Assembly: GCF_009914755.1 (NCBI RefSeq)
Contig: NC_060948.1
Source of the DNA: the human T2T-CHM13v2.0 reference genome, Homo sapiens
Length of the DNA: 64,000 bases
Direction: 5' to 3' (one strand)
Positions 15,840 through 34,904 of the stretch are shown here, in pieces; within the stretch, counting starts at the first letter, position 1; each line of letters starts with the position of its first letter. The translations under genes were made by a program, and so were the position numbers. The notes under the pieces are model-generated. The model was not told the DNA's origin and searched no databases. It saw only the letters and a list, made by a program, of their open reading frames with translations.

Positions 15840-17944
15840 AGATCCATATTTTTTAAATGAAAAAAAATTTCAAAGGTACTCTGCTTGGTACAATAATCAA
15901 ATGTATAAACTGAGGAATAAAACATAACCATGAAACCTACTTATAACTGCATATGGAAAATACAGAGGATAATTTTTTAAATAACATATTTTGAAAGCCT
16001 TAACTAGTAATTTGAAGAGCTGGCATTTGAAAGGCCTGTATGAATATACCTTCAAAGCAGCAACACAGGTTCCCCATGAGAAAAAGCAAACACAGGGAAA
16101 ATAAAAACACAAAGGTTCAATCTCTTCTGACCTTTGAAAGACACAGCACAGACAGTGGTCCTTAGGACGAAGAGCAGGAGACCCCTAATTCCGTCACCAT
16201 GGCGATAGGGCATAAACATTGCTGGGTGAGGGCACAATCCACATTGTGAGGTCCAACTGCTGCCAGGAAGACAGGAGTGCTTTTACATAGACCGAAAGGT
16301 CATTGAAGGCTCAGAGTTTTGTTTCAAGAAATGAATCCCAAGCCCACACGTTATTAGGCTGCGCTTCTTAAAACAAGTTATGAGATGGGAAAAAGGGCAC
16401 CCACAAACATACGTATACATTATGTATATAATAATATACAGTATCATATATATAATATATATAACCTATGTATAATATTGTTTTACATCCTGCATCTAAT
16501 GTTATATATATTGTATAAAATATAATAATTGATAATATATAAGTTTTATAATTATACAATATGACATATAGTATATATTATAATTTATGACATATATAAT
16601 ATATGTTATATGTCATATATAGAATATATTATACGGTTAATATACGTATTAAATATAAATTATACATTATATATATTATATATAATATATCTGTTATATA
16701 TAATACCCATTATGCATAATATATATATTATGTCTATGTTATATATAGCATAAAACAACATATAATAATATATAATTGTATATATAAAATGCGACATATA
16801 ATATATATTATATTTTATTACATATGTAATATATATTATATATTATATATAATACGTTGTATGTATAATACCTATATTAAATATATATTATATGACTATG
16901 TTATTAATTACATGTCACATGCGTTATATATTATATATTTTATATAGAATATACCGGTTACATACAATATATACTATGTTACCTATAATGTATAATTTAT
17001 TACATGTAAAATAAAGAATGCAATATATTATGTAAAATTTATAATATACCATATGTGGAATGTGATATATATAACATATAATATATGATATATGATGTAC
17101 AGTATATGATATATAACATACAATATATGATTCCTAATATATATGGTATACAATATATATTTTATGTTATGTATTCTATATGTTTTATATTCTGTTATAT
17201 ATAACTATTTGAAATTATATATAACTGTATAATATTTTATGTAAATATGTAATATAATATATATAACTATATAATATATTATATATAACTATATATTATG
17301 TTATATATACTTTTATAACATAATTTACATAAAATATCATAATATAATATATATTATATTATTTCATATTACATAATATATATTACATATCACCCAATAT
17401 AACTAACATACATAATATTATAATATAGATTATATTATGTTATATTAAATATCATATATATCATGTATCATATATTCTATAATATATATTACACCTTATA
17501 TAATATGTATGTTGTCTATTATGTGATATATATAACTATATATATAATTATATTTTTATACATATAACTAGATAAACATGTAATTCTACATATTTTCATT
17601 TATAATATGTAGAATTATATAATCATATATAATTATTTATATTCAATAAAAAATTTTATCATTATATAAATTATAATATATAAAAATTATAATATGTACT
17701 ACAAATATATATATTATATATCATATATGATATAGTACCTTTGTTATATATCATAATACATATAAATGTGTATTATGTTATCTATAATTATATAATTTCA
17801 TATATAAGATGTATAATATGTATCATATATTATATATGTTATGTAATATATATAGTATATATAAGATGACACAGGATAAATATTATATACTATGACATAT
17901 AAAATATATGAGGTTATATGTTACATATAAGGCATACCACATAA

Positions 17945-18259
<315 letters not shown>

Positions 18260-20387
18260 AGATCCATATTTTTTAAATGAAAAAAAATTTCAAAGGTACT
18301 CTGCTTGGTACAATAATCAAATGTATAAACTGAGGAATAAAACATAACCATGAAACCTACTTATAACTGCATATGGAAAATACAGAGGATAATTTTTTAA
18401 ATAACATATTTTGAAAGCCTTAACTAGTAATTTGAAGAGTTGGCATTTGAAAGGCCAGTATGAATATACCTTCAAAGCAGCAACACAGGTTCCCCATGAG
18501 AAAAAGCAAACACAGGGAAAATAAAAACACAAAGGTTCAATCTCTTCTGACCTTTGAAAGACACAGCACAGACAGTGGTCCTTAGGACGAAGAGCAGGAG
18601 ACCCCTAATTCCGTCACCATGGCGATAGGGCATAAACATTGCTGGGTGAGGGCACAATCCACATTGTGAGGTCCAACTGCTGCCAGGAAGACAGGAGTGC
18701 TTTTACATAGACCGAAAGGTCATTGAAGGCTCAGAGTTTTGTTTCAAGAACTGAATCCCAAGCCCACACGTTATTAGGCTGCGCTTCTTAAAACAAGTTA
18801 TGAGATGGGAAAAAGGGCACCCACAAACATACGTATACATTATGTATATAATAATATACAGTATCATATATATAATATATATAACCTATGTATAATATTG
18901 TTTTACATCCTGCATCTAATGTTATATATATTGTATAAAATATAATAATTGATAATATATAAGTTTTATAATTATACAATATGACATATAGTATATATTA
19001 TAATTTATGACATATATAATATATGTTATATGTCATATATAGAATATATTATACGGTTAATATACGTATTAAATATAAATTATACATTATATATATTATA
19101 TATAATATATCTGTTATATATAATACCCATTATGCATAATATATATATTATGTCTATGTTATATATAGCATAAAACAACATATAATAATATATAATTGTA
19201 TATATAAAATGCGACATATAATATATATTATATTTTATTACATATGTAATATATATTATATATTATATATAATACGTTGTATGTATAATACCTATATTAA
19301 ATATATATTATATGACTATGTTATTAATTACATGTCACATGCGTTATATATTATATATTTTATATAGAATATACCGGTTACATACAATATATACTATGTT
19401 ACCTATAATGTATAATTTATTACATGTAAAATAAAGAATGCAATATATTATGTAAAATTTATAATATACCATATGTGGAATGTGATATATATAACATATA
19501 ATATATGATATATGATGTACAGTATATGATATATAACATACAATATATGATTCCTAATATATATGGTATACAATATATATTTTATGTTATGCATTCTATA
19601 TGTTTTATATTCTGTTATATATAACTATTTGAAATTATATATAACTGTATAATATTTTATGTAAATATGTAATATAATATATATAACTATATAATATATT
19701 ATATATAACTATATATTATGTTATATATACTTTTATAACATAATTTACATAAAATATCATAATATAATATATATTATATTATTTCATATTACATAATATA
19801 TATTACATATCACCCAATATAACTAACATACATAATATTATAATATAGATTATATTATGTTATATTAAATATCATATATATCATGTATCATATATTCTAT
19901 AATATATATTACACCTTATATAATATGTATGTTGTCTATTATGTGATATATATAACTATATATATAATTATATTTTTATACATATAACTAGATAAACATG
20001 TAATTCTACATATTTTCATTTATAATATGTAGAATTATATAATCATATATAATTATTTATATTCTATAAAAAATTTTATCATTATATAAATTATAATATA
20101 TAAAAATTATAATATGTACTATAAATATATATATTATATATCATATATGATATAGTACTATTGTTATATTTCATAATACATATAAATGTGTATTATGTTA
20201 TCTATAATTATATAATTTCATATATAAGATGTATAATATGTATCATAAATTATATATGTTGTGTAATATATATAGTATATATAAGATGACACAGGATAAA
20301 TATTATATACTATGACATATAAAATATATGAGGTTATATGTTACATATAAGGCATAGCACAGAACATGTAATATATATCATATATAA

Positions 20388-20679
20388 TTTTTTTTTAGAC
20401 AGAATCTTGTCCTGTTGCACAGGGTGGGGTACAATGGCGCCATCTTTGCTCACTGCAACTTCTGCCTCACGGGTCCAAGCGATTGTCCTCCCTCAGCCTC
20501 CCAGGTAGCTGGGACTACACCACACTGGGACTACACCAGCTGCCACCATGCCTAGCTAATTTTTTGGATTTTTAGTAGTGACAGCGTTTCACTGTATTGG
20601 CCAGGATGGTCTTGATCTCTTCACCTTGTGATCCCCTTGCCTTGGCCTCCAAATTTGCTGGGATTACAGGCCTGAGCCA
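20388..20679 (-). mobile_element. Alu, unit 9
   Basis: Copy of unit-1 Alu. Confidence 0.93.
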
Positions 20680-22781
20680 AGATCCATATTTTTTAAATGA
20701 AAAAAAATTTCAAAGGTACTCTGCTTGGTACAATAATCAAATGTATAAACTGAGGAATAAAACATAACCATGAAACCTACTTATAACTGCATATGGAAAA
20801 TACAGAGGATAATTTTTTAAATAACATATTTTGAAAGCCTTAACTAGTAATTTGAAGAGTTGGCATTTGAAAGGCCAGTATGAATATACCTTCAAAGCAG
20901 CAACACAGGTTCCCCATGAGAAAAAGCAAACACAGGGAAAATAAAAACACAAAGGTTCAATCTCTTCTGACCTTTGAAAGACACAGCACAGACAGTGGTC
21001 CTTAGGACGAAGAGCAGGAGACCCCTAATTCCGTCACCATGGCGATAGGGCATAAACATTGCTGGGTGAGGGCACAATCCACATTGTGAGGTCCAACTGC
21101 TGCCAGGAAGACAGGAGTGCTTTTACATAGACCGAAAGGTCATTGAAGGCTCAGAGTTTTGTTTCAAGAACTGAATCCCAAGCCCACACGTTATTAGGCT
21201 GCGCTTCTTAAAACAAGTTATGAGATGGGAAAAAGGGCACCCACAAACATACGTATACATTATGTATATAATAATATACAGTATCATATATATAATATAT
21301 ATAACCTATGTATAATATTGTTTTACATCCTGCATCTTATGTTATATATATTGTATAAAATATAATAATTGATAATATATAAGTTTTATAATTATACAAT
21401 ATGACATATAGTATATATTATAATTTATGACATATATAATATATGTTATATGTCATATATAGAATATATTATACGGTTAATATACGTATTAAATATAAAT
21501 TATACATTATATATATTATATATAATATATCTGTTATATATAATACCCATTATGCATAATATATATATTATGTCTATGTTATATATAGTATAAAACAACA
21601 TATAATAATATATAATTGTATATATAAAATGCGACATATAATATATATTATATTTTATTACATATGTAATATATATTATATATTATATATAATACGTTGT
21701 ATGTATAATACCTATATTAAATATATATTATATGACTATGTTATTAATTACATGTCACATGCGTTATATATTATATATTTTACATAGAATATACCGGTTA
21801 CATACAATATATACTATGTTACCTATAACGTATAATTTATTACATGTAAAATAAAGAATGCAATATATTATGTAAAATTTATAATATACCATATGTGGAA
21901 TGTGATATATATAACATATAATATATGATATATGATGTACAGTATATGATATATAACATACAATATATGATTCCTAATATATATGGTATACAATATATAT
22001 TTTATGTTATGTATTCTATATGTTTTATATTCTGTTATATATAACTATTTGAAATTATATATAACTGTATAATATTTTATGTAAATATGTAATATAATAT
22101 ATATAACTATATAATATATTATATATAACTATATATTAAGTTATATATACTTTTATAACATAATTTACATAAAATATAATATAATATATATTATATTATT
22201 TCATATTACATAATATATATTACATATCACCCAATATAACTAACATACATAATATTATAATATAGATTATATTATGTTATATTAAATATCATATATATCA
22301 TGTATCATATATTCTATAATATATATTACACCTTATATAATATGTATGTTGTCTATTATGTGATATATATAACTATATATATAATTATATTTTTATACAT
22401 ATAACTAGATAAACATGTAATTCTACATATTTCCATTTATAATATGTAGAATTATATAATCATATATAATTATTTATATTCTATAAAAAATTTTATCATT
22501 ATATAAATTATAATATATAAAAATTATAATATGTACTACAAATATATATATTATATATCATATATGATATAGTACCTTTGTTATATATCATAATACATAT
22601 AAATGTGTATTATGTTATCTATAATTATATAATTTCATATATAAGATGTATAATATGTATCATATATTATATATGTTATGTAATATATATAGTATATATA
22701 AGATGACACAGGATAAATATTATATACTATGACATATAAAATATATGAGGTTATATGTTACATATAAGGCATAGCACATAA

Positions 22782-23096
<315 letters not shown>

Positions 23097-25224
23097 AGAT
23101 CCATATTTTTTAAATGAAAAAAAATTTCAAAGGTACTCTGCTTGGTACAATAATCAAATGTATAAACTGAGGAATAAAACATAACCATGAAACCTACTTA
23201 TAACTGCATATGGAAAATACAGAGGATAATTTTTTAAATAACATATTTTGAAAGCCTTAACTAGTAATTTGAAGAGCTGGCATTTGAAAGGCCAGTATGA
23301 ATATACCTTCAAAGCAGCAACACAGGTTCCCCATGAGAAAAAGCAAACACAGGGAAAATAAAACCACAAAGGTTCAATCTCTTCTGACCTTTGAAAGACA
23401 CAGCACAGACAGTGGTCCTTAGGACGAAGAGCAGGAGACCCCTAATTCCGTCACCATGGCGATAGGGCATAAACATTGCTGGGTGAGGGCACAATCCACA
23501 TTGTGAGGTCCAACTGCTGCCAGGAAGACAGGAGTGCTTTTACATAGACCGAAAGGTAATTGAAGGCTCAGAGTTTTCTTTCAAGAACTGAATCCCAAGC
23601 CCACACGTTATTAGGCTGCGCTTCTTAAAACAAGTTATGAGATGGGAAAAAGGGCACCCACAAACATACGTATACATTATGTATATAATAATATACAGTA
23701 TCATATATATAATATATATAACCTATGTATAATATTGTTTTACATCCTGCATCTTATGTTATATATATTGTATAAAATATAATAATTGATAATATATAAG
23801 TTTTATAATTATACAATATGACATATAGTATATATTATAATTTATGACATATATAATATATGTTATATGTCATATATAGAATATATTATACGGTTAATAT
23901 ACGTATTAAATATAAATTATACATTATATATATTATATATAATATATCTGTTATATATAATACCCATTATGCATAATATATATATTATGTCTATGTTATA
24001 TATAGTATAAAACAACATATAATAATATATAATTGTATATATAAAATGCGACATATAATATATATTATATTTTATAACATATGTAATATATATTATATAT
24101 TATATATAATACGTTGTATGTATAATACCAATATTAAATATATATTATATGACTATGTTATTAATTACGTGTCACATGTGTTATATATTATATATTTTAC
24201 ATAGAATATACCGGTTACATACAATATATACTATGTTACCTATAATGTATAATTTATTACATGTAAAATAAAGAATGCAATATATTATGTAAAATTTATA
24301 ATATACCATATGTGGAATGTGATATATATAACATATAATATATGATATATGATGTACAGTATATGATATATAACATACAATATATGATTCCTAATATATA
24401 TGGTATACAATATATATTTTATGTTATGTATTCTATATGTTTTATATTCTGTTATATATAACTATATGAAATTATATATAACTGTATAATATTTTATGTA
24501 AATATGTAATATAATATATATAACTATATAATATATTATATATAACTATATATTATGTTATATATACTTTTATAACATAATTTACATAAAATATCATAAT
24601 ATAATATATATTATATTATTTCATATTACATAATATATATTACATATCACCCAATATAAATAACATACATAATATTATAATATAGATTATATTATGTTAT
24701 ATTAAATATCATATATATCATGTATCATATATTCTATAATATATATTACACCTTATATAATATGTATGTTGTCTATTATGTGATATATATAACTATATAT
24801 ATAATTATATTTTTATACATATAACTAGATAAACATGTAATTCTACATATTTCCATTTATAATATGTAGAATTATATATTCATATATAATTATTTATATT
24901 CTATAAAAAATTTTATCATTATATAAATTATAATATATAAAAATTATAATATGTACTACAAATATATATATTATATATCATATATGATATAGTACTATTG
25001 TTATATTTCATAATACATATAAATGTGTATTATGTTATCTATAATTATATAATTTCATATATAAGATGTATAATATGTATCATAAAATATATATGTTGTG
25101 TAATATATATAGTATATATAAGATGACACAGGATAAATATTATATACTATGACATATAAAATATATGAGGTTATATGTTACATATAAGGCATAGCACATA
25201 ACATGTAATATATATCATATATAA

Positions 25225-25516
25225 TTTTTTTTTAGACAGAATCTTGTCCTGTTGCACAGGGTGGGGTACAATGGCGCCATCTTTGCTGACGGCAAATTCT
25301 GCCTCACGGGTCCAAGCGATTGTCCTCCCTCAGCCTCCCAGGTAGCTGGGACTACACCACACTGGGACTACACCAGCTGCCACCATGCCTAGCTAATTTT
25401 TTGGATTTTTAGTAGTGACAGCGTTTCACTGTATTGGCCAGGATGGTCTTGATCTCTTCACCTTGTGATCCCCTTGCCTTGGCCTCCAAATTTGCTGGGA
25501 TTACAGGCCTGAGCCA
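25225..25516 (-). mobile_element. Alu, unit 11
   Basis: Copy of unit-1 Alu; GCTGACGGC variant. Confidence 0.93.
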
Positions 25517-27621
25517 AGATCCATATTTTTTAAATGAAAAAAAATTTCAAAGGTACTCTGCTTGGTACAATAATCAAATGTATAAACTGAGGAATAAAAC
25601 ATAACCATGAAACCTACTTATAACTGCATATGGAAAATACAGAGGATAATTTTTTAAATAACATATTTTGAAAGCCTTAACTAGTAATTTGAAGAGTTGG
25701 CATTTGAAAGGCCAGTATGAATATACCTTCAAAGCAGCAACACAGGTTCCCCATGAGAAAAAGCAAACACAGGGAAAATAAAAACACAAAGGTTCAATCT
25801 CTTCTGACCTTTGAAAGACACAGCACAGACAGTGGTCCTTAGGACGAAGAGCAGGAGACCCCTAATTCCGTCACCATGGCGATAGGGCATAAACATTGCT
25901 GGGTGAGGGCACAATCCACATTGTGAGGTCCAACTGCTGCCAGGAAGACAGGAGTGCTTTTACATAGACCGAAAGGTCATTGAAGGCTCAGAGTTTTGTT
26001 TCAAGAACTGAATCCCAAGCCCACACGTTATTAGGCTGCGCTTCTTAAAACAAGTTATGAGATGGGAAAAAGGGCACCCACAAACATACGTATACATTAT
26101 GTATATAATAATATACAGTATCATATATATAATATATATAACCTATGTATAATATTGTTTTACATCCTGCATCTTATGTTATATATATTGTATAAAATAT
26201 AATAATTGATAATATATAAGTTTTATAATTATACAATATGACATATAGTATATATTATAATTTATGACATATATAATATATGTTATATGTCATATATAGA
26301 ATATATTATACGGTTAATATACGTATTAAATATAAATTATACATTATATATATTATATATAATATATCTGTTATATATAATACCCATTATGCATAATATA
26401 TATATTATGTCTATGTTATATATAGTATAAAACAACATATAATAATATATAATTGTATATATAAAATGCGACATATAATATATATTATATTTTATTACAT
26501 ATGCAATATATATTATATATTATATATAATACGTTGTATGTATAATACCTATATTAAATATATATTATATGACTATGTTATTAATTACATGTCACATGCG
26601 TTATATATTATATATTTTACATAGAATATACCGGTTACATACAATATATACTATGTTACCTATAATGTATAATTTATTACATGTAAAATAAAGAATGCAA
26701 TATATTATGTAAAATTTATAATATACCATATGTGGAATGTGATATATATAACATATAATATATGATATATGATGTACAGTATATGATATATAACATACAA
26801 TATATGATTCCTAATATATATGGTATACAATATATATTTTATGTTATGTATTCTATATGTTTTATATTCTGTTATATATAACTATTTGAAATTATATATA
26901 ACTGTATAATATTTTATGTAAATATGTAATATAATATATATAACTATATAATATATTATATATAACTATATATTATGTTATATATACTTTTATAACATAA
27001 TTTACATAAAATATCATAATATAATATATATTATATTATTTCATATTACATAATATATATTACATATCACCCAATATAACTAACATACATAATATTATAA
27101 TATAGATTATATTATGTTATATTAAATATCATATATATCATGTATCATATATTCTATAATATATATTACACCTTATATAATATGTATGTTGTCTATTATG
27201 TGATATATATAACTATATATATAATTATATTTTTATACATATAACTAGATAAACATGTAATTCTACATATTTCCATTTATAATATGTAGAATTATATAAT
27301 CATATATAATTATTTATATTCTATAAAAAATTTTATCATTATATAAATTATAATATATAAAAATTATAATATGTACTACAAATATATATATTATATATCA
27401 TATATGATATAGTACCTTTGTTATATATCATAATACATATAAATGTGTATTATGTTATCTATAATTATATAATTTCATATATAAGATGTATAATATGTAT
27501 CATATATTATATATGTTATGTAATATATATAGTATATATAAGATGACACAGGATAAATATTATATACTATGACATATAAAATATATGAGGTTATATGTTA
27601 CATATAAGGCATAGCACATAA

Positions 27622-27936
<315 letters not shown>

Positions 27937-30064
27937 AGATCCATATTTTTTAAATGAAAAAAAATTTCAAAGGTACTCTGCTTGGTACAATAATCAAATG
28001 TATAAACTGAGGAATAAAACATAACCATGAAACCTACTTATAACTGCATATGGAAAATACAGAGGATAATTTTTTAAATAACATATTTTGAAAGCCTTAA
28101 CTAGTAATTTGAAGAGCTGGCATTTGAAAGGCCAGTATGAATATACCTTCAAAGCAGCAACACAGGTTCCCCATGAGAAAAAGCAAACACAGGGAAAATA
28201 AAACCACAAAGGTTCAATCTCTTCTGACCTTTGAAAGACACAGCACAGACAGTGGTCCTTAGGACGAAGAGCAGGAGACCCCTAATTCCGTCACCATGGC
28301 GATAGGGCATAAACATTGCTGGGTGAGGGCACAATCCACATTGTGAGGTCCAACTGCTGCCAGGAAGACAGGAGTGCTTTTACATAGACCGAAAGGTCAT
28401 TGAAGGCTCAGAGTTTTGTTTCAAGAACTGAATCCCAAGCCCACACGTTATTAGGCTGCGCTTCTTAAAACAAGTTATGAGATGGGAAAAAGGGCACCCA
28501 CAAACATACGTATACATTATGTATATAATAATATACAGTATCATATATATAATATATATAACCTATGTATAATATTGTTTTACATCCTGCATCTAATGTT
28601 ATATATATTGTATAAAATATAATAATTGATAATATATAAGTTTTATAATTATACAATATGACATATAGTATATATTATAATTTATGACATATATAATATA
28701 TGTTATATGTCATATATAGAATATATTATACGGTTAATATACGTATTAAATATAAATTATACATTATATATATTATATATAATATATCTGTTATATATAA
28801 TACCCATTATGCATAATATATATATTATGTCTATGTTATATATAGCATAAAACAACATATAATAATATATAATTGTATATATAAAATGCGACATATAATA
28901 TATATTATATTTTATTACATATGTAATATATATTATATATTATATATAATACGTTGTATGTATAATACCTATATTAAATATATATTATATGACTATGTTA
29001 TTAATTACATGTCACATGCGTTATATATTATATATTTTATATAGAATATACCGGTTACATACAATATATACTATGTTACCTATAATGTATAATTTATTAC
29101 ATGTAAAATAAAGAATGCAATATATTATGTAAAATTTATAATATACCATATGTGGAATGTGATATATATAACATATAATATATGATATATGATGTACAGT
29201 ATATGATATATAACATACAATATATGATTCCTAATATATATGGTATACAATATATATTTTATGTTATGTATTCTATATGTTTTATATTCTGTTATATATA
29301 ACTATTTGAAATTATATATAACTGTATAATATTTTATGTAAATATGTAATATAATATATATAACTATATAATATATTATATATAACTATATATTATGTTA
29401 TATATACTTTTATAACATAATTTACATAAAATATCATAATATAATATATATTATATTATTTCATATTACATAATATATATTACATATCACCCAATATAAC
29501 TAACATACATAATATTATAATATAGATTATATTATGTTATATTAAATATCATATATATCATGTATCATATATTCTATAATATATATTACACCTTATATAA
29601 TATGTATGTTGTCTATTATGTGATATATATAACTATATATATAATTATATTTTTATACATATAACTAGATAAACATGTAATTCTACATATTTTCATTTAT
29701 AATATGTAGAATTATATAATCATATATAATTATTTATATTCTATAAAAAATTTTATCATTATATAAATTATAATATATAAAAATTATAATATGTACTACA
29801 AATATATATATTATATATCATATATGATATAGTACTATTGTTATATTTCATAATACATATAAATGTGTATTATGTTATCTATAATTATATAATTTCATAT
29901 ATAAGATGTATAATATGTATCATAAAATATATATGTTGTGTAATATATATAGTATATATAAGATGACACAGGATAAATATTATATACTATGACATATAAA
30001 ATATATGAGGTTATATGTTACATATAAGGCATAGCACATAACATGTAATATATATCATATATAA

Positions 30065-30356
30065 TTTTTTTTTAGACAGAATCTTGTCCTGTTGCACAGG
30101 GTGGGGTACAATGGCGCCATCTTTGCTGACTGCAAATTCTGCCTCACGGGTCCAAGCGATTGTCCTCCCTCAGCCTCCCAGGTAGCTGGGACTACACCAC
30201 ACTGGGACTACACCAGCTGCCACCATGCCTAGCTAATTTTTTGGATTTTTAGTAGTGACAGCGTTTCACTGTATTGGCCAGGATGGTCTTGATCTCTTCA
30301 CCTTGTGATCCCCTTGCCTTGGCCTCCAAATTTGCTGGGATTACAGGCCTGAGCCA
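30065..30356 (-). mobile_element. Alu, unit 13
   Basis: Copy of unit-1 Alu. Confidence 0.93.
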
Positions 30357-32484
30357 AGATCCATATTTTTTAAATGAAAAAAAATTTCAAAGGTACTCTG
30401 CTTGGTACAATAATCAAATGTATAAACTGAGGAATAAAACATAACCATGAAACCTACTTATAACTGCATATGGAAAATACAGAGGATAATTTTTTAAATA
30501 ACATATTTTGAAAGCCTTAACTAGTAATTTGAAGAGTTGGCATTTGAAAGGCCAGTATGAATATACCTTCAAAGCAGCAACACAGGTTCCCCATGAGAAA
30601 AAGCAAACACAGGGAAAATAAAAACACAAAGGTTCAATCTCTTCTGACCTTTGAAAGACACAGCACAGACAGTGGTCCTTAGGACGAAGAGCAGGAGACC
30701 CCTAATTCCGTCACCATGGCGATAGGGCATAAACATTGCTGGGTGAGGGCACAATCCACATTGTGAGGTCCAACTGCTGCCAGGAAGACAGGAGTGCTTT
30801 TACATAGACCGAAAGGTCATTGAAGGCTCAGAGTTTTGTTTCAAGAACTGAATCCCAAGCCCACACGTTATTAGGCTGCGCTTCTTAAAACAAGTTATGA
30901 GATGGGAAAAAGGGCACCCACAAACATACGTATACATTATGTATATAATAATATACAGTATCATATATATAATATATATAACCTATGTATAATATTGTTT
31001 TACATCCTGCATCTTATGTTATATATATTGTATAAAATATAATAATTGATAATATATAAGTTTTATAATTATACAATATGACATATAGTATATATTATAA
31101 TTTATGACATATATAATATATGTTATATGTCATATATAGAATATATTATACGGTTAATATACGTATTAAATATAAATTATACATTATATATATTATATAT
31201 AATATATCTGTTATATATAATACCCATTATGCATAATATATATATTATGTCTATGTTATATATAGCATAAAACAACATATAATAATATATAATTGTATAT
31301 ATAAAATGCGACATATAATATATATTATATTTTATTACATATGTAATATATATTATATATTATATATAATACGTTGTATGTATAATACCTATATTAAATA
31401 TATATTATATGACTATGTTATTAATTACATGTCACATGCGTTATATATTATATATTTTATATAGAATATACCGGTTACATACAATATATACTATGTTACC
31501 TATAATGTATAATTTATTACATGTAAAATAAAGAATGCAATATATTATGTAAAATTTATAATATACCATATGTGGAATGTGATATATATAACATATAATA
31601 TATGATATATGATGTACAGTATATGATATATAACATACAATATATGATTCCTAATATATATGGTATACAATATATATTTTATGTTATGTATTCTATATGT
31701 TTTATATTCTGTTATATATAACTATTTGAAATTATATATAACTGTATAATATTTTATGTAAATATGTAATATAATATATATAACTATATAATATATTATA
31801 TATAACTATATATTATGTTATATATACTTTTATAACATAATTTACATAAAATATCATAATATAATATATATTATATTATTTCATATTACATAATATATAT
31901 TACATATCACCCAATATAACTAACATACATAATATTATAATATAGATTATATTATGTTATATTAAATATCATATATATCATGTATCATATATTCTATAAT
32001 ATATATTACACCTTATATAATATGTATGTTGTCTATTATGTGATATATATAACTATATATATAATTATATTTTTATACATATAACTAGATAAACATGTAA
32101 TTCTACATATTTTCATTTATAATATGTAGAATTATATAATCATATATAATTATTTATATTCTATAAAAAATTTTATCATTATATAAATTATAATATATAA
32201 AAATTATAATATGTACTACAAATATATATATTATATATCATATATGATATAGTACTATTGTTATATTTCATAATACGTATAAATGTGTATTATGTTATCT
32301 ATAATTATATAATTTCATATATAAGATGTATAATATGTATCATAAAATATATATGTTGTGTAATATATATAGTATATATAAGATGACACAGGATAAATAT
32401 TATATACTATGACATATAAAATATATGAGGTTATATGTTACATATAAGGCATAGCACATAACATGTAATATATATCATATATAA

Positions 32485-32776
32485 TTTTTTTTTAGACAGA
32501 ATCTTGTCCTGTTGCACAGGGTGGGGTACAATGGCGCCATCTTTGCTGACTGCAAATTCTGCCTCACGGGTCCAAGCGATTGTCCTCCCTCAGCCTCCCA
32601 GGTAGCTGGGACTACACCACACTGGGACTACACCAGCTGCCACCATGCCTAGCTAATTTTTTGGATTTTTAGTAGTGACAGCGTTTCACTGTATTGGCCA
32701 GGATGGTCTTGATCTCTTCACCTTGTGATCCCCTTGCCTTGGCCTCCAAATTTGCTGGGATTACAGGCCTGAGCCA
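32485..32776 (-). mobile_element. Alu, unit 14
   Basis: Copy of unit-1 Alu. Confidence 0.93.
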
Positions 32777-34904
32777 AGATCCATATTTTTTAAATGAAAA
32801 AAAATTTCAAAGGTACTCTGCTTGGTACAATAATCAAATGTATAAACTGAGGAATAAAACATAACCATGAAACCTACTTATAACTGCATATGGAAAATAC
32901 AGAGGATAATTTTTTAAATAACATATTTTGAAAGCCTTAACTAGTAATTTGAAGAGTTGGCATTTGAAAGGCCAGTATGAATATACCTTCAAAGCAGCAA
33001 CACAGGTTCCCCATGAGAAAAAGCAAACACAGGGAAAATAAAAACACAAAGGTTCAATCTCTTCTGACCTTTGAAAGACACAGCACAGACAGTGGTCCTT
33101 AGGACGAAGAGCAGGAGACCCCTAATTCCGTCACCATGGCGATAGGGCATAAACATTGCTGGGTGAGGGCACAATCCACATTGTGAGGTCCAACTGCTGC
33201 CAGGAAGACAGGAGTGCTTTTACATAGACCGAAAGGTCATTGAAGGCTCAGAGTTTTGTTTCAAGAACTGAATCCCAAGCCCACACGTTATTAGGCTGCG
33301 CTTCTTAAAACAAGTTATGAGATGGGAAAAAGGGCACCCACAAACATACGTATACATTATGTATATAATAATATACAGTATCATATATATAATATATATA
33401 ACCTATGTATAATATTGTTTTACATCCTGCATCTTATGTTATATATATTGTATAAAATATAATAATTGATAATATATAAGTTTTATAATTATACAATATG
33501 ACATATAGTATATATTATAATTTATGACATATATAATATATGTTATATGTCATATATAGAATATATTATACGGTTAATATACGTATTAAATATAAATTAT
33601 ACATTATATATATTATATATAATATATCTGTTATATATAATACCCATTATGCATAATATATATATTATGTCTATGTTATATATAGCATAAAACAACATAT
33701 AATAATATATAATTGTATATATAAAATGCGACATATAATATATATTATATTTTATTACATATGTAATATATATTATATATTATATATAATACGTTGTATG
33801 TATAATACCTATATTAAATATATATTATATGACTATGTTATTAATTACATGTCACATGCGTTATATATTATATATTTTATATAGAATATACCGGTTACAT
33901 ACAATATATACTATGTTACCTATAATGTATAATTTATTACATGTAAAATAAAGAATGCAATATATTATGTAAAATTTATAATATACCATATGTGGAATGT
34001 GATATATATAACATATAATATATGATATATGATGTACAGTATATGATATATAACATACAATATATGATTCCTAATATATATGGTATACAATATATATTTT
34101 ATGTTATGTATTCTATATGTTTTATATTCTGTTATATATAACTATTTGAAATTATATATAACTGTATAATATTTTATGTAAATATGTAATATAATATATA
34201 TAACTATATAATATATTATATATAACTATATATTATGTTATATATACTTTTATAACATAATTTACATAAAATATCATAATATAATATATATTATATTATT
34301 TCATATTACATAATATATATTACATATCACCCAATATAACTAACATACATAATATTATAATATAGATTATATTATGTTATATTAAATATCATATATATCA
34401 TGTATCATATATTCTATAATATATATTACACCTTATATAATATGTATGTTGTCTATTATGTGATATATATAACTATATATATAATTATATTTTTATACAT
34501 ATAACTAGATAAACATGTAATTCTACATATTTTCATTTATAATATGTAGAATTATATAATCATATATAATTATTTATATTCTATAAAAAATTTTATCATT
34601 ATATAAATTATAATATATAAAAATTATAATATGTACTACAAATATATATATTATATATCATATATGATATAGTACTATTGTTATATTTCATAATACGTAT
34701 AAATGTGTATTATGTTATCTATAATTATATAATTTCATATATAAGATGTATAATATGTATCATAAAATATATATGTTGTGTAATATATATAGTATATATA
34801 AGATGACACAGGATAAATATTATATACTATGACATATAAAATATATGAGGTTATATGTTACATATAAGGCATAGCACATAACATGTAATATATATCATAT
34901 ATAA

